Source of the DNA: an uncultured Clostridia bacterium
GTDB lineage: Bacteria; Bacillota; Clostridia; Oscillospirales; Acutalibacteraceae
DNA: 64,000 nt
Direction of reading: 5' to 3'
Assembly: GCA_937885695.1 (NCBI GenBank)
Contig: CALABP010000055.1
Coordinates: 22,316 to 86,315 of the forward strand
Under the pieces are notes generated by a model. It did no database searches, was not told the origin of the DNA, and saw only the letters and a list, made by a program, of their open reading frames with translations. Below are positions 18,546 through 26,922 of the stretch, one piece after another; position 1 is the stretch's first letter, and the number at the start of each line of letters is the position of its first letter. Made by a program: the position numbers and the translations under genes.

Positions 18546-19196
18546 TTATCGGTTCAAAATGTCCGACGGCTTATATAATAGGTATGTCGCGCCGGCTTTT
18601 TTTAATTCTTCTTCGTTGCCGAAGCCGTAAACCGCTCCGGCGCTGTCTATACCGGCAAGCTTTGCGCCCTCTATATCATAAAATCTGTCGCCCGTCATAA
18701 GGGCTTTTTCTTTATTGTTGCCGCCTAAAGCCTCAAAAGCCTCGTTTATAAGGTCTTTTTTGCTTGAATGCGTGTGCTCAAACGTTTCGCCCGCAATGTA
18801 ATCAAAAAGCCCGAATATGCCGAGTGCCTTTGCGATTTCTTCGACAAACAAAAGCGGCTTTGACGAGGCTATTGCAAGCTTCTTTTTGCGCGCTTTAAGC
18901 TCTTTTAACATTGCTTCAACCCCGGGGTAAAGGGTCGATTCTTCACACGCTTTTTTGCTGTAGCGCTCGCGGTATTTTGCTATCAGCATATTTGCGGTTT
19001 CGTCGTCAACGTTATAAAGCTTTGTAAAGCTTTCAAAAAGCGGCGGCCCTATAAAATAGTCAAGCTTTTTGTCGTCGGTTTCTTCAATACCCAAAAAAGA
19101 AAGCGCATATTTTACCGAATTTTTCACACCCGGAATCGTATCCGAAAGCGTTCCGTCAAAATCAAAAATATAAATATCGTATTCTTTCAACTTCAT
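18546..19196 (-). CDS. HAD-superfamily hydrolase (phosphoglycolate phosphatase-like)
   Basis: Start moved to MKLKEYDIYIFDFDGTLSDT (DxDGT motif). The 58-codon upstream extension in the ORF track looks non-coding. Confidence 0.7.
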   Translation of the reverse strand: MKLKEYDIYIFDFDGTLSDTIPGVKNSVKYALSFLGIEETDDKKLDYFIGPPLFESFTKLYNVDDETANMLIAKYRERYSKKACEESTLYPGVEAMLKELKARKKKLAIASSKPLLFVEEIAKALGIFGLFDYIAGETFEHTHSSKKDLINEAFEALGGNNKEKALMTGDRFYDIEGAKLAGIDSAGAVYGFGNEEELKKAGATYLLYKPSDILNR

Positions 19197-19225
19197 CACC
19201 GCATATATATTACAATATGTTTTCT

Positions 19226-19241
19226 TTAATGTAAACATTAA
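19226..19241. promoter_or_regulatory. Perfect 7-2-7 palindrome in the divergent HAD / NuoE-like promoter region
   Basis: TTAATGT-AA-ACATTAA. The binding factor is unknown. Confidence 0.3.
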
Positions 19242-19357
19242 TTTATGCAAATTCAAAAAATCGGCAACGGTGCCGAAATTTGTCTTTAAAACCTTGAAAA
19301 TAATATTGAAAAAAGCCTTGTAATGTAATAAAATATCAAGATAAGCGAGGTGTCTGT

Positions 19358-19837
19358 GTGGAAAATTCATATAAAGAAAAAATAAAAAACGCAGTTGCAG
19401 CCTGCGGCGACCCCGAAGAAAATCTTATAACGATTTTGCAGATTATACAAAATGACGAAGGCTATATTTCAAAAGACGCGGTAAAAGCTTTAAGCGAAAT
19501 CGGCGGCATTCCCGAAAGCAGAATTATGGGCGTTGCGTCGTTTTATGCGGGTTTTCGTCTTAAACCCGTCGGCAAATACCGAATAACCGTCTGCAAGGGT
19601 ACGGCGTGTCACGTCAACGGCAGTGAACGTATAGGCGAAACCGTCTGCCGCCTTTTAGGCGTGCCGTCGGGCGAGCTTTCAAAAGACGGGCTTTTTTCGT
19701 GGGAAGAGGCGGCCTGTCTCGGCTGCTGCAGCATTTCGCCCGCGATGATGATAAATTCAACCGCCTACGGCGAACTTACGCCCGAAAAGGCAGAGCATAT
19801 TATAAATGAAATACGGAAAAAGGAGGGCGTGCTGTGA
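19358..19837 (+). CDS. NuoE/HydC-like [2Fe-2S] subunit (StnA-like)
   Basis: GTG start behind GAGGTG. CKGTACHVNG...CLGCCSISPAMMIN thioredoxin-like 2Fe-2S motif. Confidence 0.8.
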   Translation: MENSYKEKIKNAVAACGDPEENLITILQIIQNDEGYISKDAVKALSEIGGIPESRIMGVASFYAGFRLKPVGKYRITVCKGTACHVNGSERIGETVCRLLGVPSGELSKDGLFSWEEAACLGCCSISPAMMINSTAYGELTPEKAEHIINEIRKKEGVL

Positions 19838-21591
19838 AATTTTTGTTGGGCTATGGCTCGTGCGGAATAGCTTCGGGCGCAGAAAGCGCCTATGAAGGGC
19901 TTCTTGAGGGGCTTTGCGGCAATTCCGAAATTATAAAAGTCGGCTGTAACGGGCTTTGCTTTGCAGAGCCTGTTGTTGAAGCTCTTGGCGACGGCGGCGA
20001 AAGCGTCATTTACGGCAGAGTTGACAAAGAGTTTGCAAAAAAACTTGCACAGTCTGCGTCGTTTGACGATTTGCCCAAAGAACATCGCCTGTCACCGGAA
20101 GAATTGAAATTTTTAACAAGCCAGACAAGAATTGTTCTTTCAAACTGCGGGAAAATCGACCCCGAAAGCCTTGATTCGTATCTTGATGCAGGCGGATTTG
20201 AAGCGTTTAAAAAAGCTGTTTCTTTGGGAAGCGAAAATATTATAGAAGAAGTGCGCCTTTCGGGGCTTCGCGGCAGGGGCGGCGCGGGATTTCCCACGTA
20301 TTTGAAGTGGCAGGCGGCAAAAAAGTCCGAAAGCGACGAAAAATATATCGTATGCAATGCCGACGAGGGCGACCCCGGTGCGTTTATGGACAGGGCTGTG
20401 CTTGAAGGCGACCCTTACAGCGTGCTTGAAGGTATGATGATTGCTGGGCTTGCAATAGGCGCGGATTACGGAATAATTTATGTAAGAGCCGAATATCCCT
20501 TGGCTGTAAAGCGCGTTAAAAAAGCAGTCGAAACGCTTAAAGAAAGAGGATTTATCGGAAAAAACGCTTTAGGCAGCGGCTTTGACTTTGATTTTTATAT
20601 AATGAAAGGCGCGGGCGCGTTCGTCTGCGGCGAAGAAACCGCATTGCTCGCTTCTTTGGGCGGCGGCAGGGGAATGCCCGTTACAAAACCGCCGTTTCCT
20701 GCGCAAAAGGGCTTTAGGGGTAAGCCCACAAATATAAATAACGTTGAAACTCTTGCAAACATACCTTACATAATAAGGCACGGCGGCGAGAATTTTGCAA
20801 AACTCGGCACAGAAAAAAGCAAGGGCACAAAGGTGTTTGCGCTTGCGGGCAAAATAAAACGCGGCGGACTTGTCGAAGTGCCTATGGGTATGACAATAAG
20901 AGAAATTGTTTTTGACATATGCGGCGGCATAAAAAACGACGCCGCAATAAAAGCAGTTCAAATGGGCGGCCCGTCGGGCGGGTGTATCCCCGAAAGCCTT
21001 CTTTCTACGCCTGTTGATTACGAAAGTATTGCAAAAACGGGCGCAATAATGGGCTCGGGCGGAATGATTGTTATGGACGAAGGCACCTGTATGGTCGATA
21101 TGGCGCGCTTTTTTATGGATTTTACAAGCAAAGAAAGCTGCGGAAAGTGCGCCCCGTGCAGAATCGGCACAACAAGAATGCTTGAAACGCTTGAAAAAAT
21201 CACTCGCGGCGACGGCGAAGAAAGCGATATAGAACGCCTTGTAAAAGACGGCGAGGCAATAAAAACAGGCGCGCTTTGCGGACTCGGAAATTCCGCGCCG
21301 AACCCCGTTCTTACAACCGTGAAATACTTTAAGGACGAATACGAAGCGCACATAAAAGAAAAACGCTGTCCCGCAAAAGAATGCACGGCGTTAATAAGGT
21401 ATGAAATATCAAAAGATAAGTGTAAAGGCTGTTCCCTTTGCAGCAAAAAATGCCCCGTTTCGGCAATAAGCGGCGAAATTAAAAAGCCGTTTTCAATAGA
21501 CCCGAAAAGGTGCATACGCTGCGGCGCGTGTTTAGGTACATGCCGTTTCGGCGCAATATCAAAAGAAAGCGGGGCGAAGTGCTTTGACTGA
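19834..21591 (+). CDS. NuoF/HydB-like flavoprotein subunit binding FMN and NAD(H), with extra Fe-S domains (StnB-like)
   Basis: GLRGRGGAGFPTYLKW, ESCGKCAPCRIGT, and a C-terminal 2x[4Fe-4S] domain (CKGCSLCSKKCP...CIRCGACLGTC). The start overlaps the previous stop (GTGA). Confidence 0.85.
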   Translation: MKFLLGYGSCGIASGAESAYEGLLEGLCGNSEIIKVGCNGLCFAEPVVEALGDGGESVIYGRVDKEFAKKLAQSASFDDLPKEHRLSPEELKFLTSQTRIVLSNCGKIDPESLDSYLDAGGFEAFKKAVSLGSENIIEEVRLSGLRGRGGAGFPTYLKWQAAKKSESDEKYIVCNADEGDPGAFMDRAVLEGDPYSVLEGMMIAGLAIGADYGIIYVRAEYPLAVKRVKKAVETLKERGFIGKNALGSGFDFDFYIMKGAGAFVCGEETALLASLGGGRGMPVTKPPFPAQKGFRGKPTNINNVETLANIPYIIRHGGENFAKLGTEKSKGTKVFALAGKIKRGGLVEVPMGMTIREIVFDICGGIKNDAAIKAVQMGGPSGGCIPESLLSTPVDYESIAKTGAIMGSGGMIVMDEGTCMVDMARFFMDFTSKESCGKCAPCRIGTTRMLETLEKITRGDGEESDIERLVKDGEAIKTGALCGLGNSAPNPVLTTVKYFKDEYEAHIKEKRCPAKECTALIRYEISKDKCKGCSLCSKKCPVSAISGEIKKPFSIDPKRCIRCGACLGTCRFGAISKESGAKCFD

Positions 21592-23893
21592 AGTTAATAT
21601 TATTGCGGACGGCAAAAAAATCAAGGCGTTTCGCGAAATGACGCTGCTCGACAACTTGCTTTGCAACGGCTTTGACGTGCCGCATCTTTGCCACAATAAA
21701 GAGCTTGAAGCCTACGGCGGGTGCGGACTTTGCATTGTAGAGGTCGAAGGCTCAAGAAAGCCTTTGCGCGCGTGCTCCGTTACGGTGAGCGAGGGGATGT
21801 GCGTTACAACGAAAAGCGAAGCGCTTGAAAAAAGCCGCGAAGCAACGCTTTCGTTTTTGTGCTCCGACCATTCGGGCGACTGTAAAGCTCCGTGCTTTTA
21901 CGCCTGCCCCACGCATCACGATGTTCAGGGCTATGTCGGGCTTATAGCAAACGGAAAAACCAAAGAAGCGCTTGAAATTATAATGCGCGACAATCCGCTT
22001 CCGTCGTCAATCGGCAGGGTATGCCCGCATCCGTGCGAGAAAAAATGCAGGCGTTCTTTTGTAGACGAGCCCGTTTCAATATGCGCCCTTAAACGCTTTG
22101 CCGCCGATGAAGAAGAGGTTGCTTTAGCAAAAAAAGAAGATACATTTAAGCGTATTGCCGTTGTCGGCGGCGGCCCTGCGGGAATTTCGTGCGCATATTT
22201 TTCGGCGCTTTCGGGTCACAGGGTCGAAATATTTGAGGCAAAAGACAGCTGCGGCGGAATGCTTCGTTACGGCATACCCGAATACAGACTGCCTAAATCC
22301 GTGCTTAATAAAGAGATTGACGCCGTTTTAAAGCTCGGCGTTAAGGTGCATTACAACAAAATGCTCGGCAGAGATTTTTCTGTTGCCGATTTGAAAAATG
22401 AGTTTGACGCCGTGTTTATCGGAACAGGCGCTCAAAAAAGCGGCTCTTTAAGGTGTGAAAACGACAGCGCCGAGGGCGTTTTGGGCGGAATAGATTTTCT
22501 TTACGACGTGGCTGTCGGCAAATTAAAAACGCTTAGCGGAAAAATAGCCGTTGTCGGCGGCGGAAACACGGCAATCGACGCCGCAAGGACTGCCGTAAGG
22601 CTCGGCAAAACCGAAGTTACAATTATATACAGGCGCACAGAGAACGAAATGCCCGCAGAAAAGCTTGAAATTAAAGAAGCAAAAGAAGAGGGCGTAAGCT
22701 TCCGTTTTCTCGAAACGCCGTTAAGCGTTGTTTTAAACGGCGAAAAAGCCGCGGGGCTTGTGCTTCAAAAAATGAAACAGGGCGAGCCGGACTCAAGCGG
22801 CAGGCGGGCAAGCGTTCCGATTGAGGGTGCAACCGAAACGGTTTCTTTCGACCTTATAATTTCGGCTGTCGGTCAGCTTGTAAAAAACGACGGTCTTTCG
22901 GGAATCGAGCTTACCAAAAAGGGCACGGTTTCTGTTGACGAATCGACTTATATGACGTCTTTAGACGGCGTTTTTGCGGCGGGCGACGTTATAAACAAAG
23001 GCCCCGATATAGCAATCCGCGCGATTGCCGGCGGAAAAAATGCCGCAAAGGCTATTGATGCATATCTTGCGGGCGAAAAAATCGACATAAAAATGCCGCT
23101 GTTTTCCGAAAACAGAGATTTTGACCCTGATTCGCTTTCCCAAGAAGTCAAAAAGGCGCGCACTGAGCAAAGTGTTTTGCCGCCCGATGTAAGAAAGGCA
23201 AATTTCAGCGAAAGCACAAAGACGTTCACAAAAGAAGAGGCGCTGAAAGAAGCGTCGCGCTGTCTTGAATGCGGGTGCTCGGCGGTTTATGAATGCAAGC
23301 TTCTTCCGCTTATGCGCGAATACGGCAGCCTTTCTTCGCCTGAAAGCGGAAAAAAGCATAAAACCGAAAAAGACAAAAGCCACCCGTTTATTATCCGCGA
23401 CTCGGGCAAGTGCATTCTTTGTGCGCTTTGCGTGCGCTCCTGCCGCGAAATAAGTAAAACCGAAACCTTGGGCCTTTTCGGCAGGGGATTCGGCACATTG
23501 CCGGAAACGGCGTTTTTTGAGCCGCTTTTAAAAAGCTCCTGCATTTCGTGCGGAGTTTGTGCCGCCGTTTGCCCGACAGGCGCTTTAAGCCTGAAAACGC
23601 CAGGCATAAAAAATGTGCCGCTTGAATTTTTTGATGAACACACGGTTTGCGGTCTTTGCGAAAGAAAATGCGGTTTTATAAAGCGCACTTCGGGCGGCAG
23701 GGTTACGCTTTTGCCCGACGATTTGAGAAAACACTGCTCTTACGGAATGTTTTTGCCCGTTTTAAAGGCGGCAAAAAGCCTTAACATAAGCGAAGAAAGC
23801 TTAAAAGAGGCTTCTGAAAAGCTTTTTTCGGATATGGAATATTTTGCGGGAAATAAAGAGTCTGTTATGTCTTTTGAATTTGAATGCTTGTAA
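21584..23893 (+). CDS. Fusion of a NuoG-type N-terminal [2Fe-2S]/Fe-S domain, a GltD/NfnB-like NAD(P)H:FAD oxidoreductase and a C-terminal ferredoxin-like domain (StnC-like); no hydrogenase H-cluster motifs seen
   Basis: GGCGLCIVEV, VVGGGPAGISCAYF, GGMLRYGIPEYRLPK, VVGGGNTAIDAART, CILCALCVRSC / CISCGVCAAVCP. Confidence 0.75.
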   Translation: MTEVNIIADGKKIKAFREMTLLDNLLCNGFDVPHLCHNKELEAYGGCGLCIVEVEGSRKPLRACSVTVSEGMCVTTKSEALEKSREATLSFLCSDHSGDCKAPCFYACPTHHDVQGYVGLIANGKTKEALEIIMRDNPLPSSIGRVCPHPCEKKCRRSFVDEPVSICALKRFAADEEEVALAKKEDTFKRIAVVGGGPAGISCAYFSALSGHRVEIFEAKDSCGGMLRYGIPEYRLPKSVLNKEIDAVLKLGVKVHYNKMLGRDFSVADLKNEFDAVFIGTGAQKSGSLRCENDSAEGVLGGIDFLYDVAVGKLKTLSGKIAVVGGGNTAIDAARTAVRLGKTEVTIIYRRTENEMPAEKLEIKEAKEEGVSFRFLETPLSVVLNGEKAAGLVLQKMKQGEPDSSGRRASVPIEGATETVSFDLIISAVGQLVKNDGLSGIELTKKGTVSVDESTYMTSLDGVFAAGDVINKGPDIAIRAIAGGKNAAKAIDAYLAGEKIDIKMPLFSENRDFDPDSLSQEVKKARTEQSVLPPDVRKANFSESTKTFTKEEALKEASRCLECGCSAVYECKLLPLMREYGSLSSPESGKKHKTEKDKSHPFIIRDSGKCILCALCVRSCREISKTETLGLFGRGFGTLPETAFFEPLLKSSCISCGVCAAVCPTGALSLKTPGIKNVPLEFFDEHTVCGLCERKCGFIKRTSGGRVTLLPDDLRKHCSYGMFLPVLKAAKSLNISEESLKEASEKLFSDMEYFAGNKESVMSFEFECL

Positions 23894-24037
23894 GATTTAC
23901 CAAAAATCAGGTGCGATTTTCGGTGAATGTGACGGCAACGCCGCAAGAGCCTTGTATATTGCCGTTTCTAAGGCGCACACCCGATTTTTACGGCTTAAAA
24001 ATTAATATTTATTAACATAAAAAAAGCATTTTTTCTA

Positions 24038-24067
24038 TTGACATTCACCCCCGAAATGTAATATAAT
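24038..24067 (+). promoter_or_regulatory. sigmaA-type promoter of the cohesin-like gene
   Basis: TTGACA (24038-24043), 18 nt, TATAAT (24062-24067). Confidence 0.6.
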
Positions 24068-24157
24068 CATCGCAGGCTTATAAGTATTCCTATGCTTCTG
24101 CATTCGCAATACTTCGGCACGGCTTATGCCACAATGACTTAGTAAAGGAAGATTTAA

Positions 24158-25243
24158 ATGAAGAAAGTTCTTTCAATCGTTCTTTCGGTTATGATTCTCA
24201 TCATCGCCGTTATGCCTTCTGCGGCTGCTCTTACCGTTCCTGCGGCAGACCTCAGAGTTACAAAGGGCGCTTACAACGGCAATCCGCAGACGATTGACAC
24301 AGTTACCGACAAAGTGTTCACAGTTGTGGTCTCACTCCCGGCTGTTAAGGGTCTTACTGAGGTTGCAATGCACATTCAGTTTGACAAAAACGTACTTAAA
24401 TATGTAGGCGGCGGTCAGGCTTATAAAGTTGTTGACGGCGACAACTATCCCTACTATGAAGGCGGTATGTTCGCTTGCAACACCAAGACCGTTAAACCCG
24501 ATGAGTTTTCATTCGGAATGGTAGTATCGGAGCCTTTGACCAAAAACAACTCCAGAGATTTTGCTTATCTTACCTTTGAAGTTATCGACAGCTCAAAAAC
24601 TTCTACAACCCTTAATTTCTATGTAAATAAGTTTACGACCGAAGATGGCGATAACACTAACGATATCAGCGCAACAACGCTTATCAAGTCATCAATCGTA
24701 AGATTGGATTTGCCGGCAGAGTCCACAAATCCCTCTTCGACAGAACCCGGCGGCAGTGATGCAAGCGACGAGGGCACAACAAAAACTCCCTCTGTTTCTG
24801 ACATCAACGCTCTTATCGAAAAGATTAAAGAGCTCCTTAAAAACAACGGCGCTTCAATCGAAGATTACATCGACGCTATCGTTAACATAATCGGCAATGC
24901 CGACATCGCAGATATGATTGAACAGATTATCGGCGGCAACATCGACATCGGCGACGGTTTCCTTGATTGGATTAAAAATATCGGTATCGACTTCGGTTCT
25001 TTTGAAGAGATTCTTAACAAAATCATCGAATTCTTCAAAAACCTCTTTAATCCCGGCGGCGATACACCCGCTTCTTCAAATGTTCAGACAACCAATGCAG
25101 GCGGCAACAACCTCAACACCACAAGCAAGGGTTCTCAGAACGGCTCCGAAAACACAGGCGATGCAGGCATAGCTCTTGCGGCTACGGTTTGCGTTGCGGC
25201 TGCTGCGGCATTCGTACTTACGAGAAAGAAAAAGGAAGACTGA
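24158..25243 (+). CDS. Secreted cohesin-domain-like surface protein with a C-terminal sorting-signal-like tail
   Basis: Signal peptide. Cohesin-like block (FTVVVSLPAVKGLTEVAMHIQFDKNVLKYVG...AYLTFEVID). The tail is ENTGD, a hydrophobic stretch, then RKKKED. Confidence 0.55.
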   Translation: MKKVLSIVLSVMILIIAVMPSAAALTVPAADLRVTKGAYNGNPQTIDTVTDKVFTVVVSLPAVKGLTEVAMHIQFDKNVLKYVGGGQAYKVVDGDNYPYYEGGMFACNTKTVKPDEFSFGMVVSEPLTKNNSRDFAYLTFEVIDSSKTSTTLNFYVNKFTTEDGDNTNDISATTLIKSSIVRLDLPAESTNPSSTEPGGSDASDEGTTKTPSVSDINALIEKIKELLKNNGASIEDYIDAIVNIIGNADIADMIEQIIGGNIDIGDGFLDWIKNIGIDFGSFEEILNKIIEFFKNLFNPGGDTPASSNVQTTNAGGNNLNTTSKGSQNGSENTGDAGIALAATVCVAAAAAFVLTRKKKED

Positions 25244-25288
25244 TTTTTTAACCGAGCTTTCTTTTCTTAACTAAATCTTGAATTTATA

Positions 25289-25325
25289 CCCCGAAAGCTT
25301 CGGCTTTCGGGGATTGTTTTTTTCT
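25289..25325 (+). terminator. Rho-independent terminator
   Basis: CCCCGAAAGC, loop TTCG, GCTTTCGGGG, then a T-run. Confidence 0.85.
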
Positions 25326-25448
25326 TTCCTTTTATAAGATTTGTTCTGCGGCGTTGAATGCGAAAAAATTCCAGAAAACTATAGAAATTTGCTTTTTAAT
25401 AAAGTATAATATTGCCACTGATTTTAAGGCTTTTAAGGCGGTCGAAAA

Positions 25449-26693
25449 ATGTCTGATTCAATGAATTTCAAACGAACAAAGCTTGCGTGTTATACGGCGT
25501 ATTTCACAATGTCCTCGGTGTTTTGTCTGTCGCCGCTGTTGTTTGCAACATTTCACAATACATACGGCGTGTCGTATACGCTTCTCGGAACGCTTGTGCT
25601 TGTGAATTTTTGCACCCAGCTTACAATCGACCTTATTTTTTCGTTTTTCTCAAAACATTTTAATATAGCAAAAACCGTAAGGGTAATGCCGATTATAACC
25701 TCCGTCGGTATGGCTTTTTATGCGTTAAGCCCCATAATAATGCCGAATAACGTTTATATCGGCTTGGTTTTGGGAACCGTGCTTTTTTCTGTTTCCGCAG
25801 GACTTTCCGAGGTGCTTTTAAACCCGATGATAGCCGCAATACCGTCTAAAGACCCGCAGCGCGATATGAGCTTTCTTCATTCGCTTTATGCTTTCGGCGT
25901 TGTAACAACAGTGGTTTTAAGCACGCTGTTTTTCAAGGTGTTCGGCACTGAAAACTGGTCTTATTTAATGGGCTTTTTTGCGGTGCTTCCGCTTGCGGCT
26001 TCGGTTATGTTTTTTCTTTCGCCTATACCGGAAATGTCTGACAGCGGCGAAAATAAAAGCGGCAAATCAGCCGTAAAGAAAAATGTCGGGCTTATGCTTT
26101 GCGTGCTTTGCATATTTTTCGGCAGCTGCGCCGAAAACACAATGTCAAACTGGATTTCAAGCTATGTTGAAAAAGCTTTGAGCATTGACAAGGCAGTAGG
26201 CGATATTCTCGGAATGGCTGTTTTTGCGGTGCTTCTCGGAGTGGGCAGATTTACTTATTCGCGTTTTGGCAAAAACATAAACCGCGTGCTGTTTTTCAGT
26301 ATGCTCGGCGCGGCTTTGTGTTATATTACGGCGGCTCTTTCAAACAGCGCTGTTGCCGCTTTTGTCGCATGCGCTCTTACGGGCATTTTTGTTGCAATGC
26401 TTTGGCCCGGAACGCTTATTATGATGGAAGAAAATCTGCCCGGAATGGGTGTTGCCGCATATGCGCTTATGGCGGCGGGCGGTGACCTCGGCGCTTCTGT
26501 TGCGCCGCAGCTTATGGGAATTGTGGTTGATAATGTATCGGAAAGTGCTTTCGCTGTTGATATGGGTGCGCGGCTTAACCTGTTGCCCGAACAAATCGGG
26601 CTTAAATCCGGTATGCTTGTAAGCGCAATTTTCCCGATAGCGGGCGCGGTACTGCTCATCTTTACTTTGAGATATTTTAAAAAGCAAAAATAA
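25449..26693 (+). CDS. MFS transporter
   Basis: About 12 predicted TM helices with a central loop. No substrate inference is possible. Confidence 0.7.
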   Translation: MSDSMNFKRTKLACYTAYFTMSSVFCLSPLLFATFHNTYGVSYTLLGTLVLVNFCTQLTIDLIFSFFSKHFNIAKTVRVMPIITSVGMAFYALSPIIMPNNVYIGLVLGTVLFSVSAGLSEVLLNPMIAAIPSKDPQRDMSFLHSLYAFGVVTTVVLSTLFFKVFGTENWSYLMGFFAVLPLAASVMFFLSPIPEMSDSGENKSGKSAVKKNVGLMLCVLCIFFGSCAENTMSNWISSYVEKALSIDKAVGDILGMAVFAVLLGVGRFTYSRFGKNINRVLFFSMLGAALCYITAALSNSAVAAFVACALTGIFVAMLWPGTLIMMEENLPGMGVAAYALMAAGGDLGASVAPQLMGIVVDNVSESAFAVDMGARLNLLPEQIGLKSGMLVSAIFPIAGAVLLIFTLRYFKKQK

Positions 26694-26922
26694 ATTATCT
26701 TAGGCATAAGAGCATTGAACCGCATCGGTTCGACGCTCTTATGCTATATTTACGGTGCGAAATTCGTGCCGTATTTTTTATTTTTGACCATTCTGTGCGC
26801 GTTTAGTGCAATTTTACTAAATATAGGTGCAAAAAATTGGCGCACACGCCGCGACAGAATATGGTAAAATAAATATACAATATCGCGGCGATTTCAGCCG
26901 TAAAATATAAGGGGGTATTTAC

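Noticed and set aside
20569-21351. 260-aa minus-strand ORF, and similar long antisense ORFs at 8761-9411, 18080-18700, 27163-27717, 55398-55904, 56887-57402 and 60157-60726.
   Set aside because: Each lies opposite a gene with strong family motifs. Their translations are Arg/Cys/Phe-rich, as is typical of antisense frames in this composition.
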